64,000 bases of DNA from Octopus bimaculoides (GCF_001194135.2 NC_068990.1:75908159-75972158); one strand, 5' to 3'; counted from the first letter of the stretch, positions 25,988 through 39,293 are shown. Translations and numbers: made by a program. The notes: generated by a model from the letters alone, not told the origin.

Positions 25988-26724
25988 ACTTTCAGCTTTG
26001 GTGTTCGTTACAACGTGTATATCGATGATTTCCAATTCACTTCATTTGCAAAGATATCTAATGTTTTGAAGGTGGAGTACATTATGTCAAATAATTAATG
26101 AATAGCCGGGATATAGGGTACAAAATATACTGCAGTGTGTAAACCTTTGTTCCAATAAAACTGTAATTGTTTCGTTTTGTTTTGTTTATTGGATTTTATT
26201 TTCCTGCCATTCAAAGCGATTGCACATTTTTAATCATCTGCATTAATCGCGGAGAATATCACAGTTCAAACGGTATGCTTCTCAGTTGAAGCTAGTTCAA
26301 TCCACTTGCACCAATAATACACTGGAGAGAACAGTAAAGCCGTCAAACGTAGTGTATAGCCTTCCAACGGCGCCGTCTTTGTCTTTCTTTACAAACATAT
26401 CGCTCTGTCTCTGAGTACGAAGTATATAAATTTATTTTATACATTGATACAAGGTCAAACTTTACATAAGAGGGGCATAATAGATTGAATCATCTATTAT
26501 TACGTGATAGGTAGTTATTTTATCGACACAGGAGAAACGAGAGGGGGTATTTGAACTCAGAAACATAAAAATATTACTAAATATCCCTAAGACGGTATAA
26601 TGTGTTCTGTTGAGCGAATATTTGAAGTGCTCGGCTCATTATGTAAAGTTAAGAGACACGGTTTCAATCTGGAGTAGCAACAAAGCTCTTAAAACGCTTA
26701 ACAAAAGGAGAAAAAAAACATAAG

Positions 26725-27049
26725 GGTAAATCGACCCCCAGGACTTATTCTTTGGAACCCTAGTACTTATTCTATCGGTCTCTTTTGCCGAACCGCTAAG
26801 TTACGAGGACGTAAACACACCACCATCGGTTGTCAAGCAATGGTGGGGGGACAAATACAGACACGCAAACACACATACATATATATATATACATACATAT
26901 ATACGACGGGCTTCTTTCAGTTTCCGTCTACCAAATCCACTCACAAGGCTTTGGTCGGCTCGAAGCTATAGTAGAAGACACTTGCCCAAGGTACCACGCA
27001 GTGAGACTGAACCCGGAACCATGTGGTTGGTAAGCAAGCTACTTACCAC
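26725..27049 (-). mobile_element. tRNA-derived SINE family A
   Basis: The minus strand reads GTGGTAAGTAGCTTGC...GGTTCAGTCTCACTGCGTGGTACCTTGGGCAAGTG...GAAACTGAAAGAAGCCCGTCG, with an internal microsatellite. Confidence 0.85.
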
Positions 27050-27568
27050 NNNNNNNNNNNNNNNNNNNNNNNNNNNNNNNNNNNNNNNNNNNNNNNNNNN
27101 NNNNNNNNNNNNNNNNNNNNNNNNNNNNNNNNNNNNNNNNNNNNNNNNNNNNNNNNNNNNNNNNNNNNNNNNNNNNNNNNNNNNNNNNNNNNNNNNNNNN
27201 NNNNNNNNNNNNNNNNNNNNNNNNNNNNNNNNNNNNNNNNNNNNNNNNNNNNNNNNNNNNNNNNNNNNNNNNNNNNNNNNNNNNNNNNNNNNNNNNNNNN
27301 NNNNNNNNNNNNNNNNNNNNNNNNNNNNNNNNNNNNNNNNNNNNNNNNNNNNNNNNNNNNNNNNNNNNNNNNNNNNNNNNNNNNNNNNNNNNNNNNNNNN
27401 NNNNNNNNNNNNNNNNNNNNNNNNNNNNNNNNNNNNNNNNNNNNNNNNNNNNNNNNNNNNNNNNNNNNNNNNNNNNNNNNNNNNNNNNNNNNNNNNNNNN
27501 NNNNNNNNNNNNNNNNNNNNNNNNNNNNNNNNNNNNNNNNNNNNNNNTATATATATATATATATATGC

Positions 27569-27980
27569 AGGCGTGGCTGTGTGGTAAGAAGTTTGTTTTC
27601 CAACCATATTGGTTCCGCGCTCAGTCTGATTGTGTGGCGTTTCGGGCAAGTGTTGTCTGCTATAACCTCGGGCTGACCAAAGCGTTGTGAATGGATTTGA
27701 TAGATGGAAACTGAAAGAAGACCGTCGTATATGTATATATGTATATATTTATGTGCATGAGTCTTTGTGTCTGTGTTCTTCCTCTTCCCCATCACCGCTT
27801 GACAATCTGTTAATTGGTGTGCTTACGTCGCCGTAACTTAGCGGTTCGGTGCCCGATAGAATAAGTACAAGGCTTACAAAGAATAAGTCCTGGTGTCCAT
27901 TATTTCAACTAAGAAACCATTTAAGGTGGTGCTCCAACATGGCCGTAAACAAATGACTTAGACAAGCAAGTAAAAGAATA
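27569..27980 (+). mobile_element. SINE family A
   Basis: GGCGTGGCTGTGTGGTAAGAAG head, the same body as the other copies, and a GGTGCTCCAACATGGCCG 3' end. Confidence 0.85.
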
Positions 27981-28120
27981 TGGGCATAGATACACACACA
28001 CAGTACGCAATCATGTATACATATGCACAAACATATATGCACATATAGGTTTGTGCGTAATGTTTGTTTGTGTCTACATATTTATGCATACATACATACA
28101 TACATATATGTATATAGGCA

Positions 28121-28215
28121 CAGGAGTGGCTGTGTGGTAAGTAGCTTGCGTACCAACCACATTCCTGCGGGTTCGGTCTCACTGCGTAGCACCTTGGGCA
28201 AGTGCCTTCTACTGT
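28121..28215 (+). mobile_element. SINE family A 5' part, cut by gap
   Basis: GGAGTGGCTGTGTGGTAAGTAGCTTG...ACCTTGGGCAAGTG. Confidence 0.8.
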
Positions 28216-28989
28216 NNNNNNNNNNNNNNNNNNNNNNNNNNNNNNNNNNNNNNNNNNNNNNNNNNNNNNNNNNNNNNNNNNNNNNNNNNNNNNNNNNNNN
28301 NNNNNNNNNNNNNNNNNNNNNNNNNNNNNNNNNNNNNNNNNNNNNNNNNNNNNNNNNNNNNNNNNNNNNNNNNNNNNNNNNNNNNNNNNNNNNNNNNNNN
28401 NNNNNNNNNNNNNNNNNNNNNNNNNNNNNNNNNNNNNNNNNNNNNNNNNNNNNNNNNNNNNNNNNNNNNNNNNNNNNNNNNNNNNNNNNNNNNNNNNNNN
28501 NNNNNNNNNNNNNNNNNNNNNNNNNNNNNNNNNNNNNNNNNNNNNNNNNNNNNNNNNNNNNNNNNNNNNNNNNNNNNNNNNNNNNNNNNNNNNNNNNNNN
28601 NNNNNNNNNNNNNNNNNNNNNNNNNNNNNNNNNNNNNNNNNNNNNNNNNNNNNNNNNNNNNNNNNNNNNNNNNNNNNNNNNNNNNNNNNNNNNNNNNNNN
28701 NNNNNNNNNNNNNNNNNNNNNNNNNNNNNNNNNNNNNNNNNNNNNNNNNNNNNNNNNNNNNNNNNNNNNNNNNNNNNNNNNNNNNNNNNNNNNNNAATTA
28801 TTTTATTTGCTAATTTGAGTTTGATACCTAGGTATAGCTGTAGAAAAACAAGTTAAAAGTTTGTTTTTTTATTTTTCATTCCGTTCGAAATTGCTCTTAA
28901 ATGCAGTTTTGATCGTTTTGACTGTTGCTTCTATCGTGTAAGGCTGCCTGTTAAAGTTCGCCTCTTTTGTATTTAAATGTACACTAATT

Positions 28990-29099
28990 TGAAAGGGAAA
29001 GTTGACTTCGGCGGAATTTGAACTCAGAACGTAACGGCAGACGAAATACCGCTAAGCATTTCGCCCGGCGTGCTAACGTTTCTGCCAGCTCGCTGCCTT
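28990..29099 (-). mobile_element. SINE family B 5' part
   Basis: Reverse complement of GGCAGCGAGCTGGCAGAAACGTTAGCACGCCGGGCGAAATGCTTAGCGG. Confidence 0.85.
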
Positions 29100-29351
29100 A
29101 CTGTGGTTAGTTTCTGTCTATCTTTCTAACCATCTCTGTGCGCATGTGCACACAGGCGTGCTAGCCAGTTTCACTATTCACCTCAGTCTACATGTACACA
29201 CCCAGACATATCGAGTTATAATTCACACATATATAATCAATATACACATCTATACACCGATACCGGAGCACACTTCTACGCACATCCGCATATATATAAA
29301 TGTACATTCGTACAGGCACACATTTATCCACATATCTCTCTCCCTCTGTGT

Positions 29352-29446
<95 letters not shown>

Positions 29447-29817
29447 TACGTGCCACATTATGTGTGTGCACGCGCATGTGTGTGTGCATGCGCATGTGTG
29501 TCTGTGTGCGCGCGCGCGTTCCTAATTATTTTATATGGTTTTGTATTTCGCACTCTACTTCACCATCAGCAATATATGTAATTACCATATACCCAGAGAG
29601 AAAGAGAAAGAGAGAGACGGAGAGAGGGATGGAGAGGGAGAGAGGGGTAACAAGAGAGAGAAAGAGAGAGAGAAGACAGTCACGGATAACTTACTAAATG
29701 GCGAAAGAGTTTGTAAAATCCATTAATAATAACAATAAAGTGAATCACTTTGTAATTATTATTGTTTCGTTGGCACTGTGTTTCTATTTGTACATCAACC
29801 CTCCGAAAAAAAATTTG

Positions 29818-29849
<32 letters not shown>

Positions 29850-30229
29850 TGTATGTATGTATGTTTGTATGATATGTATGTATATATGTGTGTATACATA
29901 TGTATATATACATAAATATATATATATATGTGTGTGTATATACATACGAACATATTATATCCATATATATAGATGTATATATACGTATGTATGTATGTAT
30001 GTATGTATGTATGTATGTATGTATGTATGTGTGTATGTATATATGTGTATATGTATGCATAGGGACGTCAGATAAAGTTGTTCCCTTCTTTCCAATGTTA
30101 TTTGAATTAACGCGAAAAAAATATATATCGTTGTGCTGTTTTTAGTGTTTTCTTTTCTTTTATGGCTTCATTCTTCCTCTACAACTTTTCTGTATAGTTT
30201 TTGAAACTCGAATAGATTTTCATCTCTTT

Positions 30230-31100
30230 TCAGACATATTAACAATGTTAAGTAGACAAATAGTCCAAAAACAAAAAATGAGCATTTTTAACACGGCTTC
30301 TGTTCGCTTTCAGTCAAATTTCAGAAGATTCAAAGATGATGAGACATTTGTTCGGTGAACGGACAGAATTGCATAGAAATGGTTTTCACGCTTTAAGGAG
30401 ATGAAATTCGACCATACATCCACTTCAGTTCAATGAGCATTGATCAAATAATCTTGTCCACGAGAGTCCGCGCTAATCCACTAGGGAGTTAGTTCAACAA
30501 ATGAGACGCTCTCATGATACTGTCGCCTGTCACCTTCACACAAGATAAGATCCAAAATTTCGCTGCATCGATGACAAATGCTCTGATAGAAAGAGACAAG
30601 TTCCAGCACTTCTCTATCGCCACCAGTTCGCTCAATCGCCATTAAGCTAATCGTGGACACAGATAGAGATTTTTTACCGCATCATCACCGGCGACTGAAA
30701 TTTGATGCCTTTATGCCAATATGAAACAAATGAAAGAGTGGCTGAGCCCCGACAAGCAAGCAACACCTCGAGCCAAGCCACAGATACATTCATTCAAGCC
30801 AATGATATGCACTTGATAGAATTCAAAAGGGCTAATCCACTGCGAAATACTTGAAAACAACCACATACTCAATACAGGAATTTACGTTCGACAAATGCAC
30901 CGATTCTATGTGGCAATTCCTCTGAAAGGCCCGACCCGCGACACGGCGTGCTTCTTCAACAAGACAACGCTCGCCCCTACCTCGTTAATTTGACCAAAAA
31001 TGCTATCCAAGGGCTTTTTGGGGAGGGTCTGTCTTAGCTACAGTATTCTATTGATATAGCGCCTAAAGGTTATCTTCTTCAGTCGCTCTGCAAAAGTTTG
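30230..31100 (+). mobile_element. mariner transposase pseudogene
   Basis: Pieces RIITGD, KEWLSPDKQATPRAKPQIH, KGLIHCEILE and GVLLQQDNARP, plus a YS.DIAP-like motif, match mariner TGDEKW, HDNARPH and YSPDLAP. Confidence 0.85.
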
Positions 31101-31856
31101 CGAGTTGTTGATAGTAGTAGAAATAATTGTCATTCTATCTCTAATTCCTCTCCAATCGATATAGTTGGTAGCAGTAATATTAATAACCGCATCATTTCTC
31201 TAGACTCCGTACTCAGCCGCTTCGATAGATCCAACGACATGAAATGAACCTGTCTCACTAAGCTACCAATCATAAAATGATGTATATCCCGCCATGCGTA
31301 GACTAAAGACTGAGAGGCAGAATTTTCATAAGCTAAAAAAAAGTAAATAAAGTAAAATAAAATAGCTTCTTGAGCAACACGTTAGGAAACATTGAGTGAC
31401 AAGAGCCTACGAGATTGGGATCGGCAATGAATGGCATAAGAAAGCCGAGCAATGTAATAGAAATAATGAAATATTACATTTTGTCTTGAACAAATCCTAC
31501 AGAACTCATGTGTATTGATTGCAAAACTGCGCCTAGTCTAAGCTGCCGCATATCAATAACATGAGAACGATAACGCCCGAAGAGAATTAAAAGAGATTAC
31601 AGCACAGTAATGTCCTTATAGAAATCTAGTGTAGCATTCTTCAACCGAGGACGCGGGTTTAAAACAACTCTCAAATCACCAACAATTACATATCTGCATT
31701 ATCTATATTTTGAAGAAGCATAAGTCTATATTTGATCTCGTTACTAGAAACCTACTCTGGCCTGTTTGTGGGCACACCGTCGCCAGCAACTCCAGATACT
31801 AAATTTCGTCTCGATAAGTGTAGACCCAGTAACAAAATAATATCTCTGGACGCGTA

Positions 31857-32255
31857 AGGCGGTGAGATGGTAGAAACGTTAACGCACCGGACGAATGCTT
31901 AGCGGTATTTCGTCTGCCGTTACGTTCTGAGTTCAAATTCCGCCGAGGTCGACTTTGCCTTTCATCTTTCGGAGTCGATAAATTAAGTACCAGTTACGAA
32001 CTGGGGTCGATGTAATCAGCTTAATCCCTTTGTCTGTCCTTGTTTGTCCCCTCTGTAAATTAGCCCCTTGTGGGCAATAAAGAAATAAGAAACGTTAGCA
32101 CGTTTTTATGTTCTACGTTGAAATTCCGCCGAGGTCGACTTTGCCTTTCATCCTTTCGGGGTCGATAAATTAAGTATCAGTTGCGTACTGGGGTCGATCT
32201 AATCGACTGGCCTCCCTCCTCGAAAATTTCAGGCTTTGTTCCTAGAGTAGAAAAG
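31857..32255 (+). mobile_element. dimeric SINE family B insertion with 17-bp TSD
   Basis: Two family B units in tandem, flanked by AATATCTCTGGACGCGT at 31839-31855 and 32256-32272. Confidence 0.85.
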
Positions 32256-33972
32256 AATATCTCTGGACGCGTGTATTTCGTCTGTCTTCATGTTCTGAGT
32301 TCAAATTCCACCGATGTCAACAAACGGGATATATTTTCCGTGACAAAACGCAGTGATTAGTTCGTTCTCCAGTTCGAACGTGCCTCGAGCATATTCGGAC
32401 TGATAATAACATTACAATGAGGTATTAATCTTGTACGTGTCAGCTCAGCGAACTTCAGAAGCATTTACAGGGCTTCATTCGTTGTATGCAATTCCGTAGA
32501 CATAGCCAAAAGGACCGGATCAGATTGTAAACAGTCACCAAGAATAGATTCAAATTTATCGTCAGTAACGATGTTAATAACGGATATGCTATATCCTGGA
32601 ACAAATTCTGTAACAGATTACAAAGGTAAAACATAAATCTAGACTAAAGAGTCTTGAAGTATGACGTGTTACAGTGCTAGTGGGAAATATTTGACGGTAA
32701 CACACCTAATTAGTTCGTCATAACCATTTCTGTAAACACTCCGTACCACCAGTAATTGCCGAAGAAACACCTAATATTTTGGCAAAATCCCTTGTCTTGA
32801 ACTACTCTTCCGTTTATTTTCAGTACAGTGGCTGCATTATAGAATGTTTCATCATTACAGTTTCTTCTACAAATTGCTTATCTAATTGTTATTGTGGCTG
32901 TTTAGTCCAACAGTCCTATGAAAGAAAAAGAAATTCCGTCAATATCAACCCTTTCCTTTGTTTTTCAATCTATGTATTTAAGACATCATTCAATGTGTTC
33001 TGTTATGTAAGACGGTAGGATGGAATACGAGATAAAACCTCATTGCTTTCTTGGAAAGATCGACCGACCACGTTAAGATTCCTTCTTCGTTCTGTGCCTA
33101 ATCCTTGTTGATTTTGTTTAGCCCAGGGCTGATCATTGCCGAGCAGAAGTGTAATGAAAAGGTAATCATCCCATTTTGTTTTCTAAATTTGTTAGGAACA
33201 ATGTATCCAGGATTATATTATCCAATGCCTTTTCTTTTTTTTAAACCGATGGAATTGTGTAGCCTAACGTACAATTTGCTTATTATTTCTGGGACGAGAT
33301 GCGACACAAGTGAAATAACCCTCATACTTTTGTATCTAGTTATTGATGTTGTTGTTGCTGTCGTTTAATTTTCTTTCTTTCGTTTTTTGCTATAACGATG
33401 ATGATGATGATGAGACAGAGGATGGGAAGGAACAGGAGGGAAAGGACGATGTTTCGGTTATAGAGTTGCTATTTCTAGCAGGATCAGAGACTCCGTATTT
33501 GCTCTGTTGTTGGCTTCGGTCATTGCAATAATTGGAATTGGAATCTTCTTGATAATTCCAGAAAGGTCAAGCGACCATCTCGAAACTTACAATCTCATTG
33601 TTCGGTGTCTGGTTTTACGCAATTCCAGTCTAGCATTTCTAATTGAAATATCTTACTAGAACACAAGAATACTTGTGTATTTCTCTTGTTTTTTTCTTCT
33701 TCTCCGACACATTCTTTCGGCCGCCCAAGTTGATCTCTCTACTTTAAATGCTTACAACGATCTGGATATATATTTTTTGCAGTCGGTTTCTAAACTACAT
33801 TTCCAGCATGCTGTACTCAGTCACCGCTTTCAGCATAAATATTAAGCAATTTTCCAATTTTTTTTTTATGTTTTGATCTGGATAATATATGTGCATTGAT
33901 CGATGTAATTCATACGTAGATCATGCATACAGAAACACATGCATATATATATCATGTGTGTGTATAAGTATA

Positions 33973-34004
<32 letters not shown>

Positions 34005-35288
34005 NNNNNNNNNNNNNNNNNNNNNNNNNNNNNNNNNNNNNNNNNNNNNNNNNNNNNNNNNNNNNNNNNNNNNNNNNNNNNNNNNNNNNNNNNNNNNNNN
34101 NNNNNNNNNNNNNNNNNNNNNNNNNNNNNNNNNNNNNNNNNNNNNNNNNNNNNNNNNNNNNNNNNNNNNNNNNNNNNNNNNNNNNNNNNNNNNNNNNNNN
34201 NNNNNNNNNNNNNNNNNNNNNNNNNNNNNNNNNNNNNNNNNNNNNNNNNNNNNNNNNNNNNNNNNNNNNNNNNNNNNNNNNNNNNNNNNNNNNNNNNNNN
34301 NNNNNNNNNNNNNNNNNNNNNNNNNNNNNNNNNNNNNNNNNNNNNNNNNNNNNNNNNNNNNNNNNNNNNNNNNNNNNNNNNNNNNNNNNNNNNNNNNNNN
34401 NNNNNNNNNNNNNNNNNNNNNNNNNNNNNNNNNNNNNNNNNNNNNNNNNNNNNNNNNNNNNNNNNNNNNNNNNNNNNNNNNNNNNNNNNNNNNNNNNNNN
34501 NNNNNNNNNNNNNNNNNNNNNNNNNNNNNNNNNNNNNNNNNNNNNNNNNNNNNNNNNNNNNNNNNNNNNNNNNNNNNNNNNNNNNNNNNNNNNNNNNNNN
34601 NNNNNNNNNNNNNNNNNNNNNNNNNNNNNNNNNNNNNNNNNNNNNNNNNNNNNNNNNNNNNNNNNNNNNNNNNNNNNNNNNNNNNNNNNNNNNNNNNNNN
34701 NNNNNNNNNNNNNNNNNNNNNNNNNNNNNNNNNNNNNNNNNNNNNNNNNNNNNNNNNNNNNNNNNNNNNNNNNNNNNNNNNNNNNNNNNNNNNNNATATA
34801 TATATATATACATTCATATATGCCCGTATGTTATTCGTATAATGTCTCTGTCTATCAAAATACCTGTGTATCTGTCTATATAGGAACAACCATGTGCGTG
34901 TATATATTTACTATTCACATCTAGTTACATAACCCTTCTTTGATGTATAAATTTATTTTCAAGCCACGCGTTGAAAGAGAAGCCATCATTTTTCACCTTG
35001 CTCTTCTGCCTAATCGTTCTGTTTCACCTAACTTCAAGTCTATAATGTCTTCACTAAGGCGCCATTCACAGACTACATTGTAAACGAAAAGAATCACTAA
35101 ATTCACAAGCGTACATTCCTTCTTGTAACTTTGTTTTAATTTAGCCATTCTCTTTAATATCAAACTAATATAACTTTCCTGCTTTGGTAATTTTATGGTT
35201 ACGTTGAGATGTATGATATACAAATATGTAGGTACGTATATGCATATATACGTCTGTGTGGGGGCGTGCATACGCGGGTGTGTATGCG

Positions 35289-35448
35289 CAGGCGTGGCTA
35301 CGTGGTAATAAGTTTGGTTCCCAACCACATGGTTACAGGTTCAGTCCCATTGTGTGGCACCTTGGACAAGTATCTTCTACTACAGCCTCGGACTGACCAA
35401 AGCCATGTGAGTGAATTTGATAGACGGAAACTGAAAGAAGCCCGTCGT

Positions 35449-35482
<34 letters not shown>

Positions 35483-35702
35483 GTATATATGTATATGTAC
35501 ATACAACTATGTGTCTGTGTTTGTCACTCACCCTATCAGCATTTCACAAACGGGGTTGGTGTGCTTATGTGCCCGTAACTCAGAATAAGTATTAGGATTA
35601 AAAAATAAGTCCTACCGTCGATTTGTTCTACGAAAACCCGTCAACGTGGTGCTCCAGCATGGCCGCAGTTAAATGACTGAAAAATGTAAAAAATAAAAGA
35701 AT
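35289..35702 (+). mobile_element. SINE family A
   Basis: Full head, CORE-like ACCTTGGACAAG, internal (CA)n, and GGTGCTCCAGCATGGCCGCAG 3' end. Confidence 0.85.
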
Positions 35703-35875
35703 ATATATATATATCTCGTATGTATGTATATGTATGTGTGTGTAAGTATATTGTCTTATTTCTTACTTGTCTCAGTCATTACACTGCGGCCATGCTGTTG
35801 CACTGGCCTTGAAGGGTTGTAGTCGAACACCATACAAATGTGTTTATACATAGCTATATATACATACCTATATAC

Positions 35876-35931
<56 letters not shown>

Positions 35932-36730
35932 NNNNNNNNNNNNNNNNNNNNNNNNNNNNNNNNNNNNNNNNNNNNNNNNNNNNNNNNNNNNNNNNNNNNN
36001 NNNNNNNNNNNNNNNNNNNNNNNNNNNNNNNNNNNNNNNNNNNNNNNNNNNNNNNNNNNNNNNNNNNNNNNNNNNNNNNNNNNNNNNNNNNNNNNNNNNN
36101 NNNNNNNNNNNNNNNNNNNNNNNNNNNNNNNNNNNNNNNNNNNNNNNNNNNNNNNNNNNNNNNNNNNNNNNNNNNNNNNNNNNNNNNNNNNNNNNNNNNN
36201 NNNNNNNNNNNNNNNNNNNNNNNNNNNNNNNNNNNNNNNNNNNNNNNNNNNNNNNNNNNNNNNNNNNNNNNNNNNNNNNNNNNNNNNNNNNNNNNNNNNN
36301 NNNNNNNNNNNNNNNNNNNNNNNNNNNNNNNNNNNNNNNNNNNNNNNNNNNNNNNNNNNNNNNNNNNNNNNNNNNNNNNNNNNNNNNNNNNNNNNNNNNN
36401 NNNNNNNNNNNNNNNNNNNNNNNNNNNNNNNNNNNNNNNNNNNNNNNNNNNNNNNNNNNNNNNNNNNNNNNNNNNNNNNNNNNNNNNNNNNNNNNNNNNN
36501 NNNNNNNNNNNNNNNNNNNNNNNNNNNNNNNNNNNNNNNNNNNNNNNNNNNNNNNNNNNNNNNNNNNNNNNNNNNNNNNNNNNNNNNNNNNNNNNNNNNN
36601 NNNNNNNNNNNNNNNNNNNNNNNNNNNNNNNNNNNNNNNNNNNNNNNNNNNNNNNNNNNNNNNNNNNNNNNNNNNNNNNNNNNNNNNNNNNNNNNNNNNN
36701 NNNNNNNNNNNNNNNNNNNNNNNNATATAT

Positions 36731-36932
36731 ATAATACAAAGAATATATATACATGTATACACACATATATGTACATACTTACATCTACATGTGTATATAC
36801 ATGCATATCAGGGTACAGGACGTTAGAACAATAAACTACAGACAACGGAACGAACACATAGGAAAACGGAAAGCCACTTGGAATATCCCTTCATCAGCTG
36901 TCTCTATTCTATCTAGACGTTTCGAAGATAAG
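36731..36932 (-). mobile_element. Penelope-like terminal-repeat-derived element, copy 2
   Basis: Differs from 10644-10845 at about one position by eye. Confidence 0.6.
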
Positions 36933-36936
36933 ACAG

Positions 36937-36968
<32 letters not shown>

Positions 36969-36989
36969 TTGTATACATACATACATACA

Positions 36990-37020
<31 letters not shown>

Positions 37021-38008
37021 GCATATATATGTAAATCCTGGTATATGTCTATATGTGTATACAGACACACCTACAATTCTCTTATGTACATTATGTTTGT
37101 TGTGTTGTTGTCATACATATCTGTAACCCAGACTGCTATACTGTTTCCTTTATCAGATGTGTAATGCTATTTTCGTTTATGCTTTTTTCTTTTTCAGCAT
37201 ATGATATAGTTAGGTTTTCTTTTTTTCAACTGCTCAATAAGAGAAAAAGACGATGTCTTTTTTTCTTTTAAGTAAAAAGAAATACTTTCTATTTATAGTA
37301 TCTTGTTTACAACACAATTTCATTGAAGATTTTCAGTAAACATGGCTAATGAAAGATCACAAAATCCAATTTATTCGTATTTACATTGATATATAGTTCT
37401 CCACCAACCAATATATTTTCTTGAGTGTCACGAAAATAAAATTTAGCAGAACATATCTCTAGCGTCATATACTGAGTGCAAGAATCTGTAACATTTACGT
37501 GTTGTTCTTTTGGCCCATATCAGTCGTTATCAATGGAGCATCCATGCATGACTAACCAGTATTTCTGTCCCCGGACGTAAGATATATATATGTGTGTGTG
37601 GGGGAGGCATATATATATATATATANNNNNNNNNNNNNNNNNNNNNNNNNNNNNNNNNNNNNNNNNNNNNNNNNNNNNNNNNNNNNNNNNNNNNNNNNNN
37701 NNNNNNNNNNNNNNNNNNNNNNNNNNNNNNNNNNNNNNNNNNNNNNNNNNNNNNNNNNNNNNNNNNNNNNNNNNNNNNNNNNNNNNNNNNNNNNNNNNNN
37801 NNNNNNNNNNNNNNNNNNNNNNNNNNNNNNNNNNNNNNNNNNNNNNNNNNNNNNNNNNNNNNNNNNNNNNNNNNNNNNNNNNNNNNNNNNNNNNNNNNNN
37901 NNNNNNNNNNNNNNNNNNNNNNNNNNNNNNNNNNNNNNNNNNNNNNNNNNNNNNNNTTCTCGTATATTTCATTTTCCATCTCCCTCACTTTTATATATAT
38001 AGAGAGAA

Positions 38009-38092
<84 letters not shown>

Positions 38093-38189
38093 CATTGTAA
38101 ACATACAAGCAGAATAGAAAGCGATTTTCTTAATGCAAGAATATTCTCTATGTTTAAAACAGATATACTCGTTTTTGACGACACGAGAG

Positions 38190-38247
38190 TACTATTCGGA
38201 ATCTTGGGGTTAGTAGCCCGCGCTCTTGACCACTACACCATATGCCC
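38190..38247 (-). mobile_element. isolated tRNA-like SINE head fragment
   Basis: The minus strand reads GGGCATATGGTGTAGTGGTCAAGAGCGCGGGCTACTAACCCCAAGATTCCG (A-box-like), with no complete cloverleaf. Confidence 0.55.
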
Positions 38248-38456
38248 GAGAGTACTTATTGTTTATATATTTTTTTTATTTTTATGAGATATGTCGCCAA
38301 CATATGATCGCACTTGCATTGCGCTTTGAAGCAAGTCAACAACTTTTATCATTTATTTTATAACTGTTACTTGTTTCAGTCACTGGACAGTTGCCATGCT
38401 AGTGGATTTGTCTTCTTACCTTCTGCATTTAAATTGATGTGATGATGATGATGATG

Positions 38457-38512
<56 letters not shown>

Positions 38513-38589
38513 AAATATATACACGCACGCACACACGCACACACACACATACGCATATATATATATATATATATAAGTATATATAGTCA

Positions 38590-38740
38590 ATTCAAATAAA
38601 CGAATAAAAAAACGAAAAACAACGAACGTAAGGACGTGCACAAGAAATTTATTAGCTTGACGCTTGGTGAAAGGACAGTTTGACGTTTCGAGTATAGCTC
38701 TTCGTCGGAAAAGAGAAAGGGAAAAATCTAAAGAAATCGC
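38590..38740 (-). mobile_element. Penelope-like terminal repeat fragment with a minimal hammerhead-like core
   Basis: The minus strand reads TTTTCCGACGAAGAGCTATACTCGAAACGTCAAA. Confidence 0.55.
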
Positions 38741-38847
38741 CAATATATATGTATATGTATGTATGTACGTACGTATGTATGTATGTATGTATGTATGTAT
38801 ATATGTATGTATGCATGTGTGTATGCGTGTGCGTGTGCGTGACATTG

Positions 38848-38975
38848 TGATGTGTTTGTCCCCCACCACCGCTAAACAAACTGATTGATGTTGGTGTGTT
38901 TATGTCCCCGTAACTTAGCGGTCCGACAAATGCCAGCCTTAAAAAAAAAAAGCAGCGGGGTCGACTCATTCGACA
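38848..38975 (+). mobile_element. SINE family A 3' half
   Basis: TTTGTCCCCCACCACCGCT...GTAACTTAGCGGT...GGGGTCGACTCATTCGAC. Confidence 0.7.
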
Positions 38976-39084
38976 AAAGATCATGAAATACAAAATCAGA
39001 AAACACCTCTAAGTAGTCACCAGACCTGCTAGAAAGAATAGCTTAATCTTTCTGAAGTAACTCTCCACTCCCAACCCTCCTTAA

Positions 39085-39293
39085 CCCTTTAACATTCAGA
39101 ATATTCTGTTAAATGTAATCCTTATTAATTCTTATTGTCTTGAATTAATCATTAATTAATCATTAATTAACTTGTACCTTCAAACTTTTAATGGCGTGGT
39201 AGTTTATTTCTAGAATGGCCTTTTCGGAGTCACTTTGGATTCAAAGCAGGTAAAATATTTTGGCTAGATATGTCCAGTTTAAATGCTAAATGA
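39085..39293. mobile_element. piggyBac-type MITE, degenerate right end
   Basis: The left end is TTAA-CCCTTTAACATTCAG. The right end TTTAAATGCTAAATGAAA is a decayed complement (expected AATGCTAAAGGG-TTAA). Confidence 0.55.

Noticed and set aside
38190-38247. Possible tRNA gene
   Set aside because: Only the A-box half is present, with no T-arm or acceptor stem. It is a SINE head.
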